Shown: positions 6,795-16,853 of the stretch, in pieces | How positions within the stretch are numbered: position 1 is the stretch's first letter | Layout of the letters: each line of letters begins with the position of its first letter | Source of the DNA: Methanomassiliicoccales archaeon | GTDB lineage: Archaea; Thermoplasmatota; Thermoplasmata; Methanomassiliicoccales; UBA472 | Assembly (NCBI GenBank): GCA_040765825.1 | Contig: JAXGRO010000002.1 | Location: 10,293-74,292 of the forward strand | Direction: 5' to 3' | Length of the DNA stretch: 64,000 nt | The notes under the pieces: generated by a model | Told to the model about the DNA's origin: nothing | Database searches by the model: none | What the model saw: the letters and a program-made list of their open reading frames with translations, nothing else | Position numbers and translations under genes: made by a program

Positions 6795-7363
6795 GTCCGG
6801 GGCGCCGTCCTCATCATGTGCGAGATGGCCGTGCTGAGCTCCTCGGCCCTCTGCGAGCCGATCATGACCATCCTGCCGTCCTTCAGGACGATCCGGACCC
6901 CCTTCCGCCCGCTGACGTTGTAGGCCCGGTTGGAGGAGAACCCCTTTATGCCCCATCCCCCGTACTCGCCCAGGGGGTCGTACTCCTCGGCGCGGTGGGT
7001 AACGATGTCCTGGGCGCGGATGATCCTTGGCCTGATCATGAACGGCCGGAAGCGTATGTAGACGGCGTCGGAGACCTCCACCACAAGATGGATGTAGAAC
7101 AGGAACAGCGGGAAGAAGACCCCGAATATCACCAGGAAGATGATCATGAACTCGTCGGAGGCCGGGTTGTTGCCCCAGGGCTCGCCCATGACCAGCTGGG
7201 TCACCGCCCCCCACCAGGGCAGCACGGTTATGGAGGCGATAAGGATGATGTACCACCAGGCGCGCAGGTATTGGGTCTCCCTGAAGGTGGAGTAGGACGT
7301 CACGACATGTGCAACGCCGAGATGACATATTATCCTTATCCAGGCAGCAAGGGAGATAAACAT
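6791..7363 (-). CDS. membrane protein with C-terminal PH-like domain
   Basis: From ATG 7363 the sequence gives 3-4 hydrophobic helices and then a soluble tail ([43 protein letters not shown]) resembling bacterial PH domains. The upstream 166 codons of the 356-aa ORF are antisense to msrB and are rejected. Confidence 0.6.
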   Translation of the reverse strand: MFISLAAWIRIICHLGVAHVVTSYSTFRETQYLRAWWYIILIASITVLPWWGAVTQLVMGEPWGNNPASDEFMIIFLVIFGVFFPLFLFYIHLVVEVSDAVYIRFRPFMIRPRIIRAQDIVTHRAEEYDPLGEYGGWGIKGFSSNRAYNVSGRKGVRIVLKDGRMVMIGSQRAEELSTAISHMMRTAPRT

Positions 7364-7390
7364 GCCCGACCATATGTTTCCGGGGTTCAC

Positions 7391-7783
7391 ATGGGCAGGA
7401 AGGTGGTTAAGAGCGAGGAGGAATGGAGGAAGGAGCTGGACCCTGAGCAGTACCGCGTGCTCAGGAGAAAGGGCACCGAGGCCCCGTTCACCGGGAGGTA
7501 CCATGGCAGCAGGGACCCCGGCACCTACGTCTGCGCGGGCTGCGGACGGGAGCTCTTCCTCTCCGAGGACAAGTTCGACTCCGGCTGCGGTTGGCCGAGC
7601 TTCTCCCGCCCGGCGGGGGAGGTGGAGGAGCAGGAGGACCTCAGCCACGGCATGGCGCGCACCGAGGTGCTGTGCCCCGACTGCGGCGGGCACTTGGGCC
7701 ACGTGTTCGACGACGGCCCCCGACCCACCGGGCTGCGCTACTGCATCAACTCCGCGTCGCTGAGGTTCAAGCCCAGGAAGTGA
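7391..7783 (+). CDS. msrB: peptide-methionine (R)-S-oxide reductase
   Basis: CAGCGRELF and [12 protein letters not shown] form the zinc site, and RYCINSASL is the catalytic motif. About 130 aa from ATG 7391. Confidence 0.92.
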   Translation: MGRKVVKSEEEWRKELDPEQYRVLRRKGTEAPFTGRYHGSRDPGTYVCAGCGRELFLSEDKFDSGCGWPSFSRPAGEVEEQEDLSHGMARTEVLCPDCGGHLGHVFDDGPRPTGLRYCINSASLRFKPRK

Positions 7784-7787
7784 GCGC

Positions 7788-8867
7788 TTGGACAGGGTCA
7801 CGGACCGTTTCCTGAGGAAGCATGCCACCAAGAAGGTGGGCATGCCGCCCGGCTCCATCATCTATGTCGGCGACGGGGTCCCGGCCCCCACCACCGTCTC
7901 CATGATCGACTACACCGAATCGGAGGTCAAGGAGAGGACCGGGATCACCCTGGAGGAGTGCATACCCCTGAGAGATAGCCCGAGCATCACCTGGCTCAAC
8001 TTCTCCGGGCTGGCCGACGTGGACACCATCCGCCGGCTGGGGGAGGCCTTCGGGCTGCACCCCCTGGTAATGGAGGACATCCTGCACATGGGGCAGAGGC
8101 CCAAGCTGGAGGTCTACGACGACTACATCTACCTGGTGGGCAAGATGATCTACCGGGGGAGCAACGGAGAGGAGGTCTCCTACGAGCAGCTCTCCGTGGT
8201 CCTGGGCAAGAACTACGTGCTCACCTTCCAGGAGCGGGAGGGGGACGTGTTCCAGCCCATCAGGGAGCGCATACGCAACAACAAGGGCCGCCTGCGCAGG
8301 TCCGGGGCGGACTATCTGGTGTACTCCATGCTGGACTCCGTGGTCGACAATTACTTCCCGGCCTTGGAGCGGGTGGGGGACCTCATCGAGGTCATCGAGG
8401 AGGAGCTCTCCGACGACCCGGACCAGGACGTGCTGAGCGACATATACCGCCTGAAGCGGGAGGTGCTGTTCCTGCGCAAGTCCATCTGGCCGATAAGGGA
8501 GGTGGTGGCGGCCATGATGAGGCAGGACATCGAGATGGTGTCGCCGAGCACCAACACCTACCTGCGCGATGTGTACGATCACTCCATACAGGTCATGGAC
8601 GTGGTGGAGACCTACACGGACATGCTCTCCGAGCTGACCGACGTTTATATGTCCACCGTGAGCAACCGCATGAACGAGATCATGAAGACCCTGACCATCA
8701 TCGCCACCATATTCATCCCCCTGACCTTCATTGTCGGTCTTTACGGCATGAACTTCCGGTACATGCCCGAGTTGGACAACGAGCTGGCATATCCCGCGGT
8801 GCTGCTGGCGATGACCGGCCTGTCCGTGCTGATGCTGTTCTACTTCCGGCGCAAGGGGTGGCTGTAG
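7788..8867 (+). CDS. corA: CorA magnesium/cobalt transporter
   Basis: YGMNF (GMN motif) followed by two C-terminal TM helices. TTG start at 7788; an alternative ATG lies at 7842. Confidence 0.9.
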   Translation: MDRVTDRFLRKHATKKVGMPPGSIIYVGDGVPAPTTVSMIDYTESEVKERTGITLEECIPLRDSPSITWLNFSGLADVDTIRRLGEAFGLHPLVMEDILHMGQRPKLEVYDDYIYLVGKMIYRGSNGEEVSYEQLSVVLGKNYVLTFQEREGDVFQPIRERIRNNKGRLRRSGADYLVYSMLDSVVDNYFPALERVGDLIEVIEEELSDDPDQDVLSDIYRLKREVLFLRKSIWPIREVVAAMMRQDIEMVSPSTNTYLRDVYDHSIQVMDVVETYTDMLSELTDVYMSTVSNRMNEIMKTLTIIATIFIPLTFIVGLYGMNFRYMPELDNELAYPAVLLAMTGLSVLMLFYFRRKGWL

Positions 8868-8874
8868 GGGGACC

Positions 8875-9900
8875 ATGGACCTGCTGACGGCGCTGGCATC
8901 CGGTGGCATCGTCCTTTCCCTGGCCTTCGCCTTCACCAACGGCTACAACGACGCCGGAGCGGACGTGGCCACCATGGTGTCCTCCGGGGCCGCCTCGGTC
9001 AAGGGGGCGCTGCTGACCGCCTCCCTGGCCAACTTCATCGGGGCCCTGGTCGGAGGGAGCGCGGTGGTGCTGACCCTCCAGGGGGTGCTGGCCGTGGAGC
9101 TGGTGGAGGAGCTGGGCGTGGCCATATTCTCGGCGGTGGCCGCGGCCAACGTCTGGAACCTGGTCACCTGGTACTACGGGATACCGTCCTCCTCCACCCA
9201 CGCCCTCATCGGCGGGCTGGTGGGCGTGGGGATGGCCTTCCACGGTGCGGCCGGGGTGCACTGGGGGGCGGAGGAGCTCCTGCAGGGTCAATTGGCGGGA
9301 GTGGTGAAGGTCCTGGCCTTCCTGATGGCCTCGGTGTTCCTGGGCTTCGGCGGCTCGTATCTGCTCATGAAGGGAGCCAGGCTGGCCCTGCGCAGGGCCA
9401 CCATAGGCGTGAATCGTCAAATGCGGCGCGTGCAATGGATCACCACCTCCGTCCAGACCCTGGCCCACGGCGCCAACGACGCCCAGAAGCAGATGGCCCT
9501 GGTGGCCCTGCTCCTCATGGCCATGGGAGGGACGGCCGATGTACCTCTGTGGGTGAGGACCGCCTGCGCGGCGGCCATCGCCCTGGGGACGCTGGGGGGC
9601 GGCTACCGCATAATGCGCACGGTGGGCAGGAAGATATTCAAGATAAGGCCGGTGCATGCCCTGGTGGCCCAGACCAACGCCTCTCTGACCGTGGTGTTCG
9701 CCACCGCCCTGGGGGCGCCGGTGTCCTCCACCCAGGTGGTGACCGCCGGGGTGATGGGCGTGGGGACCGCGGAGAACCGCCGGCTGGTGCACTGGAGGGT
9801 GGGCAAGGACCTGGTGGTGTCCTGGTTCCTCACCATACCGGCCACCGCGCTGCTGGCCGGAAGCACGGCACTGGGGCTGAAGTGGATCACGGGGGTTTGA
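8875..9900 (+). CDS. inorganic phosphate transporter, PiT family
   Basis: PiT signatures NGYNDAG and HGANDAQK; polytopic membrane protein. Confidence 0.9.
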   Translation: MDLLTALASGGIVLSLAFAFTNGYNDAGADVATMVSSGAASVKGALLTASLANFIGALVGGSAVVLTLQGVLAVELVEELGVAIFSAVAAANVWNLVTWYYGIPSSSTHALIGGLVGVGMAFHGAAGVHWGAEELLQGQLAGVVKVLAFLMASVFLGFGGSYLLMKGARLALRRATIGVNRQMRRVQWITTSVQTLAHGANDAQKQMALVALLLMAMGGTADVPLWVRTACAAAIALGTLGGGYRIMRTVGRKIFKIRPVHALVAQTNASLTVVFATALGAPVSSTQVVTAGVMGVGTAENRRLVHWRVGKDLVVSWFLTIPATALLAGSTALGLKWITGV

Positions 9901-9901
9901 C

Positions 9902-10528
9902 ATGGAAGGTAGCAAGGGTCTGCTGGACGGGCTGTTCCCGCCAAGGTACGATTTCAACGCCATGCTGGTGCGCCAGGGGGAGGCCACCGCCAAGGGGGTG
10001 GAGCTGCTGCTGGCCGCCCTGCACGGGAAGATGGACCATCACCTGAGCGAGCTGGCGGAGCTGGACCGCCGCACTGACGCGTTCCGGCACGACATGGAGA
10101 GGAAGCTGGGGGAGGCCTTCTCCACCCCATTCGACCGCCAGGACATATATTCCATGTCCAGGCAGCTGGAGTCGGTCATGAACTTCGCCCGCACCACCCT
10201 GCTGGAGATGGAGGCCTTCCAGGTGGAGCCGGACCGCTGCATGGTGGACATGGCCGAGCATCTGCTCATCGGTGTCCGCGAGGTCGTGGAGGGCATCAGG
10301 GCCCTGGACAAGGGATTGGAGCGGACGGACGCCCTGATAACCAAGATGCGGGAGGAGGAGCAGTGCATCGAGGAGACCTATGTGCTGGGGATGCAGGAGG
10401 TGTTCCTGCTCCCGGACCACATGATGGTCTTGAAGAAGAGGGAGATATACCATCACCTGAAGGATGCTGGAAGGGCCCTGAGCGCCACCGCGGACATCCT
10501 GCACCGGGCGGCCTTCGGAATGGGCTAG
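9902..10528 (+). CDS. DUF47/PhoU-like phosphate transport regulator
   Basis: All-helical 208-aa protein starting 1 nt after the PiT stop. This is the classic PiT-DUF47 gene pair. Confidence 0.8.
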   Translation: MEGSKGLLDGLFPPRYDFNAMLVRQGEATAKGVELLLAALHGKMDHHLSELAELDRRTDAFRHDMERKLGEAFSTPFDRQDIYSMSRQLESVMNFARTTLLEMEAFQVEPDRCMVDMAEHLLIGVREVVEGIRALDKGLERTDALITKMREEEQCIEETYVLGMQEVFLLPDHMMVLKKREIYHHLKDAGRALSATADILHRAAFGMG

Positions 10529-11472
10529 AGGCCCACGGTGCCCACCAGGCGGAGCTTGCCCCCCTCCAGGTAGTGCATCACCGCCCGGGAGCCCGGGCCA
10601 TATATCAGCGGTTTCTCCAGGGACAGGGTGACCTGCGGGGACCTCGTGTCGCCGGAGACGGCGGTCACCCGGCAGGGCAGGAACTGCATCCAGTGCCCCA
10701 GGTGCATGACCATCCCCTCCTTTATCGGGGATTGCCAGTATTTCACCAGGTCCAGCTTTGCGGTGAGCTCGGAGACCACCTTCATCTCCGGGTCGTTGGT
10801 GAGCACGTAGCCCCGGTCCAGCTCCTCGGCGTCCACGCCCTTCAGGGCCAGACCGACCCGGTCGCCCCTGCCGGCGGTGTCGAAATCGTCGTCGTGCTTC
10901 TGAATGGAGCGCACCAGGGCGGTGCGGTCCGTGGGCAGGACCTTCAGGTTGTCGTGGCGGTTGACCATCCCCTTGGCCACGTACCCCAGGATGACCGTCC
11001 CCACGCCCTTCACGTTGAAGTGGTGGTCTATGGGAATGACCCCTTTGCCCTCCAGGTGCGGCTTGAGCTTGGCCGCCTCCTCCAGCAGGAACTCGCGCAG
11101 CTGGATGGGGTCGTCAGGCATGTAGGAGTAGTTGGTCAGTATGGTGTCCTTCAGCAGGGGGGCGATGCGGTCCGGGGTGAGGTAATTGCGCAGTATGAAC
11201 ACCCCGCGCCTGACCCCGGCGCAGTCAAGCATGAGCAACGTCTCACCCAGCGCGGCGTTGATCTCGTCCACCACCACCACGGCCATCTCTGCCAGGTTGA
11301 CGCAGAAGTACAGGGAGTTGATGCGCTCCGGGTACTTGGAGGGCTCCAGTATGCTCACGGTGTCGTGCCCCTTCTTGAGGTCGTAGATGGTGATGTCGCT
11401 GACGGTGCCCTTCTTGCCCAGCTCCTTGGCGTAGCCAATTGCGCCCACCGCCGCCACGTTGAGGTTTCCCAT
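10525..11472 (-). CDS. EF-Tu/SelB-like protein with degenerate GTPase motifs
   Basis: Domain-II block KGVGTVILGYVAKGMVNRHDNLKVLP and TAGRGDRVGLALKGVD match the EF-Tu beta-barrel. The N-terminal domain lacks GxxxxGK[ST] and NKxD. Start is ATG 11472 (MGNLNVAAVG); the longer ORF extension looks non-coding. Confidence 0.7.
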   Translation of the reverse strand: MGNLNVAAVGAIGYAKELGKKGTVSDITIYDLKKGHDTVSILEPSKYPERINSLYFCVNLAEMAVVVVDEINAALGETLLMLDCAGVRRGVFILRNYLTPDRIAPLLKDTILTNYSYMPDDPIQLREFLLEEAAKLKPHLEGKGVIPIDHHFNVKGVGTVILGYVAKGMVNRHDNLKVLPTDRTALVRSIQKHDDDFDTAGRGDRVGLALKGVDAEELDRGYVLTNDPEMKVVSELTAKLDLVKYWQSPIKEGMVMHLGHWMQFLPCRVTAVSGDTRSPQVTLSLEKPLIYGPGSRAVMHYLEGGKLRLVGTVGL

Positions 11473-11554
11473 GGACGGTGTCAAGCCCTGGGGGAACATA
11501 TGCCTTTCGCCGAGCCAAGCGTTATCTATCCCGGACCACCATCCCCCTGAAGAG

Positions 11555-13048
11555 ATGTTCGAGCACGTGGACCTGGGAAAGCGCCTGGACCAGAAGGAGT
11601 TCGACAAGGTGCTCCCGGACCTGAAGGACAGGCTGGGGGAGCTGCAGAGGAGGGCCAGGGACGCCGGCATGCCGGTCATGGTGGTGTTCGAGGGCTGGGA
11701 CATGGTGGGGATGAGCGAGATCGTGAACCGCTTCATCCTGCCCCTGGACCCGCGAGGCTTCCTGGTCCACCCCATCACCGCCCCCAACCAGGAGGAGAGG
11801 GACCGCCCGTTCCTTTGGCGCTTCTTCATACGCATCCCGGCAAGAGGGCGGGTGGCCGTGTTCGACCGCTCCTGGTACTTCCGGTCCCTGGCCAGGGCCA
11901 TGGAGCGCAAGGAGGACGACGCCCGCCTGGTCTGGCGGGAGATCGCCGACTACGAGGAGATGCTGGCGCAGGATGACTACCTGATCATGAAGTTCTTCCT
12001 GCATATCGGCAAGAAGGAGCACAAGAAGCGGCTGGAGAGGTACCGGGACTCCGACCTCAACAACTGCGGCATCAGCAACATGGACCTGGACTTCTTCAAG
12101 AAGTACGACAAGATGCTGCCCCTCATCGAGGAGATGATCGAGGGCACGGACCGGGAGCACGCCCCCTGGACCATCGTGGAGGCCGAGGACACCAAGTTCG
12201 CCTCGGCCAAGGTGCTCACCACCGCCGTGCGCATGCTGGAGTACGGCCTCTCCAAGATGGAGAGGAAGAGCCAGATACTCATGGACAGCAACCCCCTGAT
12301 CAAGAGCGGGCAGATGTTCAACTCCACCCGGGGCGGGGTGGACCTGGGACGGAAGCTTTCCAAGGACGAATACCAGGACCGGCTGGACAGGCTGCAGAGG
12401 CGGCTGGCTGAGCTGCAGTGCGACATGAACCGGCTGAGGGTGCCGACCATCGTGGTATTCGAGGGCTGGGATGCCGCCGGGAAGGGCGGGGCCATTCAGC
12501 GCCTCACCGCCAACCTGAACCCCCGGGGGTATGAGGTGGTGCCCGTGGGTTCGCCCACCGAGGAGGAGAAGGCCCATCACTACCTGTGGCGCTTCTACCG
12601 CAAGCTGCCCCCCGCCGGGCACATGCGCATATTCGACCGCTCGTGGTACGGCAGGGTGCTGGTGGAGCGCATCGAGGGATTCGCCTCCACCGCGGAATGG
12701 AAGCGGGCCTACAAGGAGATCAACGCCTTCGAGGAGATGCTGGTGGACAACGGCGCGGTCCTGGTCAAGATCTGGATGGAGGTGGACAAGGAGACCCAGC
12801 TGAGGCGCTTCCAGGAGAGGGACGCCGACCCGCAGAAACAGTGGAAGATCACCGAGGACGACTGGCGGAACCGGGACAAGTGGGACTTCTACGGCCGGGC
12901 CATAGACGAGATGCTCTTCCGCACCAGCACCAACCACGCCCCCTGGACCATAGTCGAGAGCAACGACAAGTACTTCTCCAGGGTGAAGACCCTGCAGACC
13001 ATCGCGCAGGCCATGGAATCCAAACTGCCGAAGAACCACTCCAAATGA
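11555..13048 (+). CDS. ppk2: two-domain polyphosphate kinase 2 family protein (polyP:nucleotide phosphotransferase)
   Basis: Two PPK2 repeats. The first has FEGWDMVGMSEIV (degenerate Walker A) and the second has the canonical FEGWDAAGKGGAIQRL. Both carry RxW(Y/F)xR / HAPWT blocks. Start is ATG 11555 (MFEHVDLGK). Confidence 0.88.
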   Translation: MFEHVDLGKRLDQKEFDKVLPDLKDRLGELQRRARDAGMPVMVVFEGWDMVGMSEIVNRFILPLDPRGFLVHPITAPNQEERDRPFLWRFFIRIPARGRVAVFDRSWYFRSLARAMERKEDDARLVWREIADYEEMLAQDDYLIMKFFLHIGKKEHKKRLERYRDSDLNNCGISNMDLDFFKKYDKMLPLIEEMIEGTDREHAPWTIVEAEDTKFASAKVLTTAVRMLEYGLSKMERKSQILMDSNPLIKSGQMFNSTRGGVDLGRKLSKDEYQDRLDRLQRRLAELQCDMNRLRVPTIVVFEGWDAAGKGGAIQRLTANLNPRGYEVVPVGSPTEEEKAHHYLWRFYRKLPPAGHMRIFDRSWYGRVLVERIEGFASTAEWKRAYKEINAFEEMLVDNGAVLVKIWMEVDKETQLRRFQERDADPQKQWKITEDDWRNRDKWDFYGRAIDEMLFRTSTNHAPWTIVESNDKYFSRVKTLQTIAQAMESKLPKNHSK

Positions 13049-13085
13049 TTAATACCTCCGGGGCGATGCCCAAGCTACTGAAGTG

Positions 13086-14519
13086 ATGAAGATGTCGAGT
13101 TTCCAAGAATTCGGTCTCCGGGAGGAGATCATGAAGGCCATCGAGCGCATGGGGTTCGTGGAGCCCACCCCGGTGCAGGTGGAGACCATTCCCTTGACCA
13201 TGAAGGGCAAGGACGTCATCGCCCAGGCCCAGACCGGCACGGGCAAGACGGCCGCCTTCGGCATTCCCATACTGGAGTCCCTGACCAAGGGGGTGAAGCC
13301 CTTTTCCCTCATACTCGTTCCCACCAGGGAGCTTGGGGCGCAGGTGTCCGACGAGCTCAAGAAGCTGGCCTACTACATGGACGACGTGCGCGTGCTGCCG
13401 GTGTACGGCGGCAAGTCCATCGACGACCAGATAGACGCCTTCCGCAAGGGCGTGGACATCGTGGTCGGCACGCCCGGCCGCGTGATAGATCACCTGCACC
13501 GGGGCACCCTCTCCCTGAACGAGATAGAGGTGCTGGTGCTGGACGAGGCCGACCGCATGCTGGACATGGGGTTCATAGAGGACATCGAATACATCGTGTC
13601 CAGAACCAAGACCCCCCGGCAGACCCTGCTGTTCTCGGCCACCATACCCGAGGCCATCAAGGAGATCGCCGCCCGGCACATGGTCAACCCGGAGACCATA
13701 ATGATCGGCGAGGAGCAGATCGTCCTGCCGACCACCAAGCAGGTCTACTTCAACATCGAGCGCAAGAACAAGATATGGGCATTGTGCCGCGTGCTGGACG
13801 CCTACAAGCCCAAGGCCATGGTGTTCGTGCAGACCAAGGTCATGGTGGACATCATCACCAAGCGCCTGGCCTCCTACGGCTACCGGGTGGGGGAGCTGCA
13901 CGGGGACCTGACCCAGGCCAAGAGGGAGAAGGTGCTGAACGAGTTCCGGGAGGGCAAGACCGCGGTGCTCATCGCCACGGACGTCGCGGCCCGCGGCCTG
14001 GACATCGAGGGGGTCACGCACGTCATCAACTACGACATCCCGGAGGACCCGGAGGTCTACGTGCACCGCATCGGCAGGACCGGCCGGGCGGGCAAGGAGG
14101 GCATAGCCATCACCTTCATCACCTCCAAGGAGGTCCACCTGCTAAAGAAGATCAACGAGTTCGGGGTCACCGAGATCGCCAAGGAGGAGGTCCCGGAGAG
14201 CGGTCGCAAGGACGTCATCCGCAAGGTCATGGACTTCGAGGACCAGGCGGACCTCTTCGGCATGGTGCTCTTCAAGGTGTCGGCCGCAGAGGGAGAGGCG
14301 GTGCCCAAGGGCGCGCTCATGGAGATGCTGGTGCGCAAGCTGCGCGTCCCGGAGATCGCCATCGGCAACATCAGCGAGCTGGAGGACCGCACCGAGTTCG
14401 AGGTGCACAAGGACTCCGCCAAGAAGGTGCTCATGGAGCTGAAGTCCCTGCGGGTGGACAGCAAGAAGCTGAAGGTGGACATCGTGCACCGCGAGCTTCC
14501 GCCCATCTCCATGCAGTGA
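13086..14519 (+). CDS. DEAD-box ATP-dependent RNA helicase with C-terminal DbpA-like RNA-binding domain
   Basis: Q motif FQEFG..PTPVQ, AQTGTGKT, DEAD, SAT and HRIGRTGRAG. Confidence 0.92.
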   Translation: MKMSSFQEFGLREEIMKAIERMGFVEPTPVQVETIPLTMKGKDVIAQAQTGTGKTAAFGIPILESLTKGVKPFSLILVPTRELGAQVSDELKKLAYYMDDVRVLPVYGGKSIDDQIDAFRKGVDIVVGTPGRVIDHLHRGTLSLNEIEVLVLDEADRMLDMGFIEDIEYIVSRTKTPRQTLLFSATIPEAIKEIAARHMVNPETIMIGEEQIVLPTTKQVYFNIERKNKIWALCRVLDAYKPKAMVFVQTKVMVDIITKRLASYGYRVGELHGDLTQAKREKVLNEFREGKTAVLIATDVAARGLDIEGVTHVINYDIPEDPEVYVHRIGRTGRAGKEGIAITFITSKEVHLLKKINEFGVTEIAKEEVPESGRKDVIRKVMDFEDQADLFGMVLFKVSAAEGEAVPKGALMEMLVRKLRVPEIAIGNISELEDRTEFEVHKDSAKKVLMELKSLRVDSKKLKVDIVHRELPPISMQ

Positions 14520-14579
14520 ACTGCCGCTATGCCGCAGAGCACGTGCATCTGGAGGACCATGGCCCCGGGAGGCGCCTGA

Positions 14580-15494
14580 ATGGAGGGCGATGGATTGCTG
14601 GACCGGACCCTGGAGCTGCTCGAGCGGGAGGGCCCGGAGAGCGCATACCGCCTCATCACCGCCCACGCCGCGGAGGTCCCCGGGAATGAGCTCCCCCAGC
14701 TCTACAACTTCCGATACTGCCTGGCGGCCCAGATGGGGGAGGCGAAAACGGCCTTGAGCATACTGGCCGAGGCCGTGTTCGACAGGGGTTTCTGGTACCG
14801 CCCCGAGGTCTTCGACGACCCGGACCTCTCCTCCCTGCGAGAGCATGCGGACTTCCGGAGATGCCGGGAGTCCTCCCTCGAGATGTACGAGCGGGAGAGG
14901 AGGGCCGCCAGGACCCTGTGCAGCTGGTACGAAAAAAGGGGGGAGAGGATCGCCCTGGCCCTGCATGGCAATCAGCAGCACGGGGAAAGGGCCTCCGAGG
15001 ACTGGAGGGCCATGACCTCCCTGGGATACCAGCTGGAGAGCCTGCAGAGCCGGGAGCTGGACTCCCACGGCTCGTTCAGATGGGAGGACGATGGGGACGG
15101 GGCCGAGCAGCTCGCAGAGGCCTGCGGGCGCATACGGTGGAACGAGTACCGTTCCCGCTGCCTCTGCGGGTTCTCCGCCGGCTGCAACGTCATCTTGAAG
15201 GCCCTGGCGCATGGAGGCGTCAGGTGCGAGACGGCGATCCTCCAATCCCCCTGGATACCCATGCTGGAGGGGATGGATGCCGACGGTCTCTTCCGCAACC
15301 TTGTTGAAGGGGAGGTCAGCCTGCTGGTGATATGCGGGACCGAGGACCGGGACTGCTTCGGTCCGGCGCAAGGACTGGTGGATAAGGCTCGGGAGAGGGG
15401 AGCGGACTGCCAAGGCATCTGGATAGAGGGCATGGGCCACCGGTTCCCGGGGGACCTGGGAGAACTGCTCTCAAGGCATCTTGCCGGTCCCTGA
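14580..15494 (+). CDS. alpha/beta-hydrolase-fold protein with N-terminal helical domain
   Basis: Nucleophile elbow GFSAG, with later GTEDRD and GMGHRF as candidate Asp/His. No specific family recognised. Confidence 0.6.
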   Translation: MEGDGLLDRTLELLEREGPESAYRLITAHAAEVPGNELPQLYNFRYCLAAQMGEAKTALSILAEAVFDRGFWYRPEVFDDPDLSSLREHADFRRCRESSLEMYERERRAARTLCSWYEKRGERIALALHGNQQHGERASEDWRAMTSLGYQLESLQSRELDSHGSFRWEDDGDGAEQLAEACGRIRWNEYRSRCLCGFSAGCNVILKALAHGGVRCETAILQSPWIPMLEGMDADGLFRNLVEGEVSLLVICGTEDRDCFGPAQGLVDKARERGADCQGIWIEGMGHRFPGDLGELLSRHLAGP

Positions 15495-15551
15495 CCTTAG
15501 CTGGATCGGAAAAAATGGGAAAATGGTAAGGCGTTTTATGCGTCCCTCCCT

Positions 15552-16853
15552 TCACTTGCGCTTCAGGACCACCCTGCGCATAAGGTTCACCAGCGGCGAC
15601 CGGCTCTTGGAATCCGAGCTGGCCACCTTCCCTGTGAGCAGAATGTCCTTCTTGAACAGGGTGACCGCGATGAACATGACCAGCAATGCCATCATCGACG
15701 AGTAGGCGATGCCGGACAGCACCAGCACGTAATCGTCGAACATCAGGGCGCGCATGGCGATCATGGGGTGCGAGAAGGGTATGGCGAACACCACGGCCTT
15801 GGCCACCAGGGGCAGCGTGTCGAAGTCGGTGAACATGGTCACGAACATGGGGATCATGGCCAGGAAGGTCACCGGCAGGGTCATGGTCTGCGCGGCCTTG
15901 TAGTTCTTGGTGAATATGCCCAGGATCATGCACAGGGCCAGGGCGAACACCAGAGCGGCGAACAGGGATATGCCCACCAGCACGTAGTCCAGTATCCCCA
16001 GGGTCATGCCGTACTGTTCCAGATCGATGGTGGCCGAGCCCATCAGCGAGCTGAAGTAGTAGCTCATGCCCAGCATGTAGATCACGGCCATGAGCAGGCC
16101 CACTATGGCCGCGCCCACCAGCTTGCCGAAGACGATGGACGTGCGGCTGACAGGCATGGTCAGCAGGGTCTCCAGGGTCTTGTTCTCCTTCTCCGTGCCC
16201 ATGGATGAGATGACGATGCTTCCGGCATAGATGATCACCATCAGCACGATCAGGGGCATGACGAACGATTGGGAGGACATCATGCTGGATATCGTGATTG
16301 GCGACACGCCCTCCATGGTCTTTCCCTTGAACACCGTTGATTCCGTGAGCTGGGTGGGGTTCAGGATGAGCGAGGCGTTGGCGGTCAGGTTGTTCTGTAT
16401 GAGGACTATGGAAATGGCCTGGTCCACGTTCATCAGAACGCCCTCGACCGAGGCCCCCGGAAGGGAGTCCATTATCCCGGCCCCCTTCATCAGCCAAATG
16501 GCCTCGATGGTGCCGACCTTGTCCCCCATGATGTTCGAGGTGAAGTTGCTGGGTATTATAAGGAGCGAAACACCCCCGGCGTCGTCCAGGGCGTTCAAGG
16601 CATCCTGCACATCCTGGCCTTGATAGACGATCTCCGCGCTTTGGTTGATGACCGCCACGGCCACCCCGGACATCATGCCCGGATCCTGGTTGATCACCGC
16701 CACCTTGGGCGCTTCGGTCATGGTCTCCTCGATGCCCCCGAACACTCCGCCCAGGGAACCGAACAGCACTGCGATTATGATTATGGGGACCAATGTGGCC
16801 GGGGTCAGGAGCTCCTTGACCTCCTTGCGGATTATCTTGGACAGGCTGCTCAT
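15552..16853 (-). CDS. ABC-2 type transporter permease (NatB-like)
   Basis: N-terminal TM helix, a large extracytoplasmic domain, then 5 C-terminal TM helices. Overlaps the upstream ATPase gene by 4 nt. Confidence 0.75.
   Translation of the reverse strand: MSSLSKIIRKEVKELLTPATLVPIIIIAVLFGSLGGVFGGIEETMTEAPKVAVINQDPGMMSGVAVAVINQSAEIVYQGQDVQDALNALDDAGGVSLLIIPSNFTSNIMGDKVGTIEAIWLMKGAGIMDSLPGASVEGVLMNVDQAISIVLIQNNLTANASLILNPTQLTESTVFKGKTMEGVSPITISSMMSSQSFVMPLIVLMVIIYAGSIVISSMGTEKENKTLETLLTMPVSRTSIVFGKLVGAAIVGLLMAVIYMLGMSYYFSSLMGSATIDLEQYGMTLGILDYVLVGISLFAALVFALALCMILGIFTKNYKAAQTMTLPVTFLAMIPMFVTMFTDFDTLPLVAKAVVFAIPFSHPMIAMRALMFDDYVLVLSGIAYSSMMALLVMFIAVTLFKKDILLTGKVASSDSKSRSPLVNLMRRVVLKRK

Noticed and set aside
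6791-7861. The 356-aa minus-strand ORF spanning the msrB locus, and the 321-aa plus-strand ORF 6818-7783.
   Set aside because: Only the parts with protein-like sequence were kept (6791-7363 minus; msrB 7391-7783 plus). The extensions overlap each other antisense and are low-complexity, Arg/Gly/Pro-rich.
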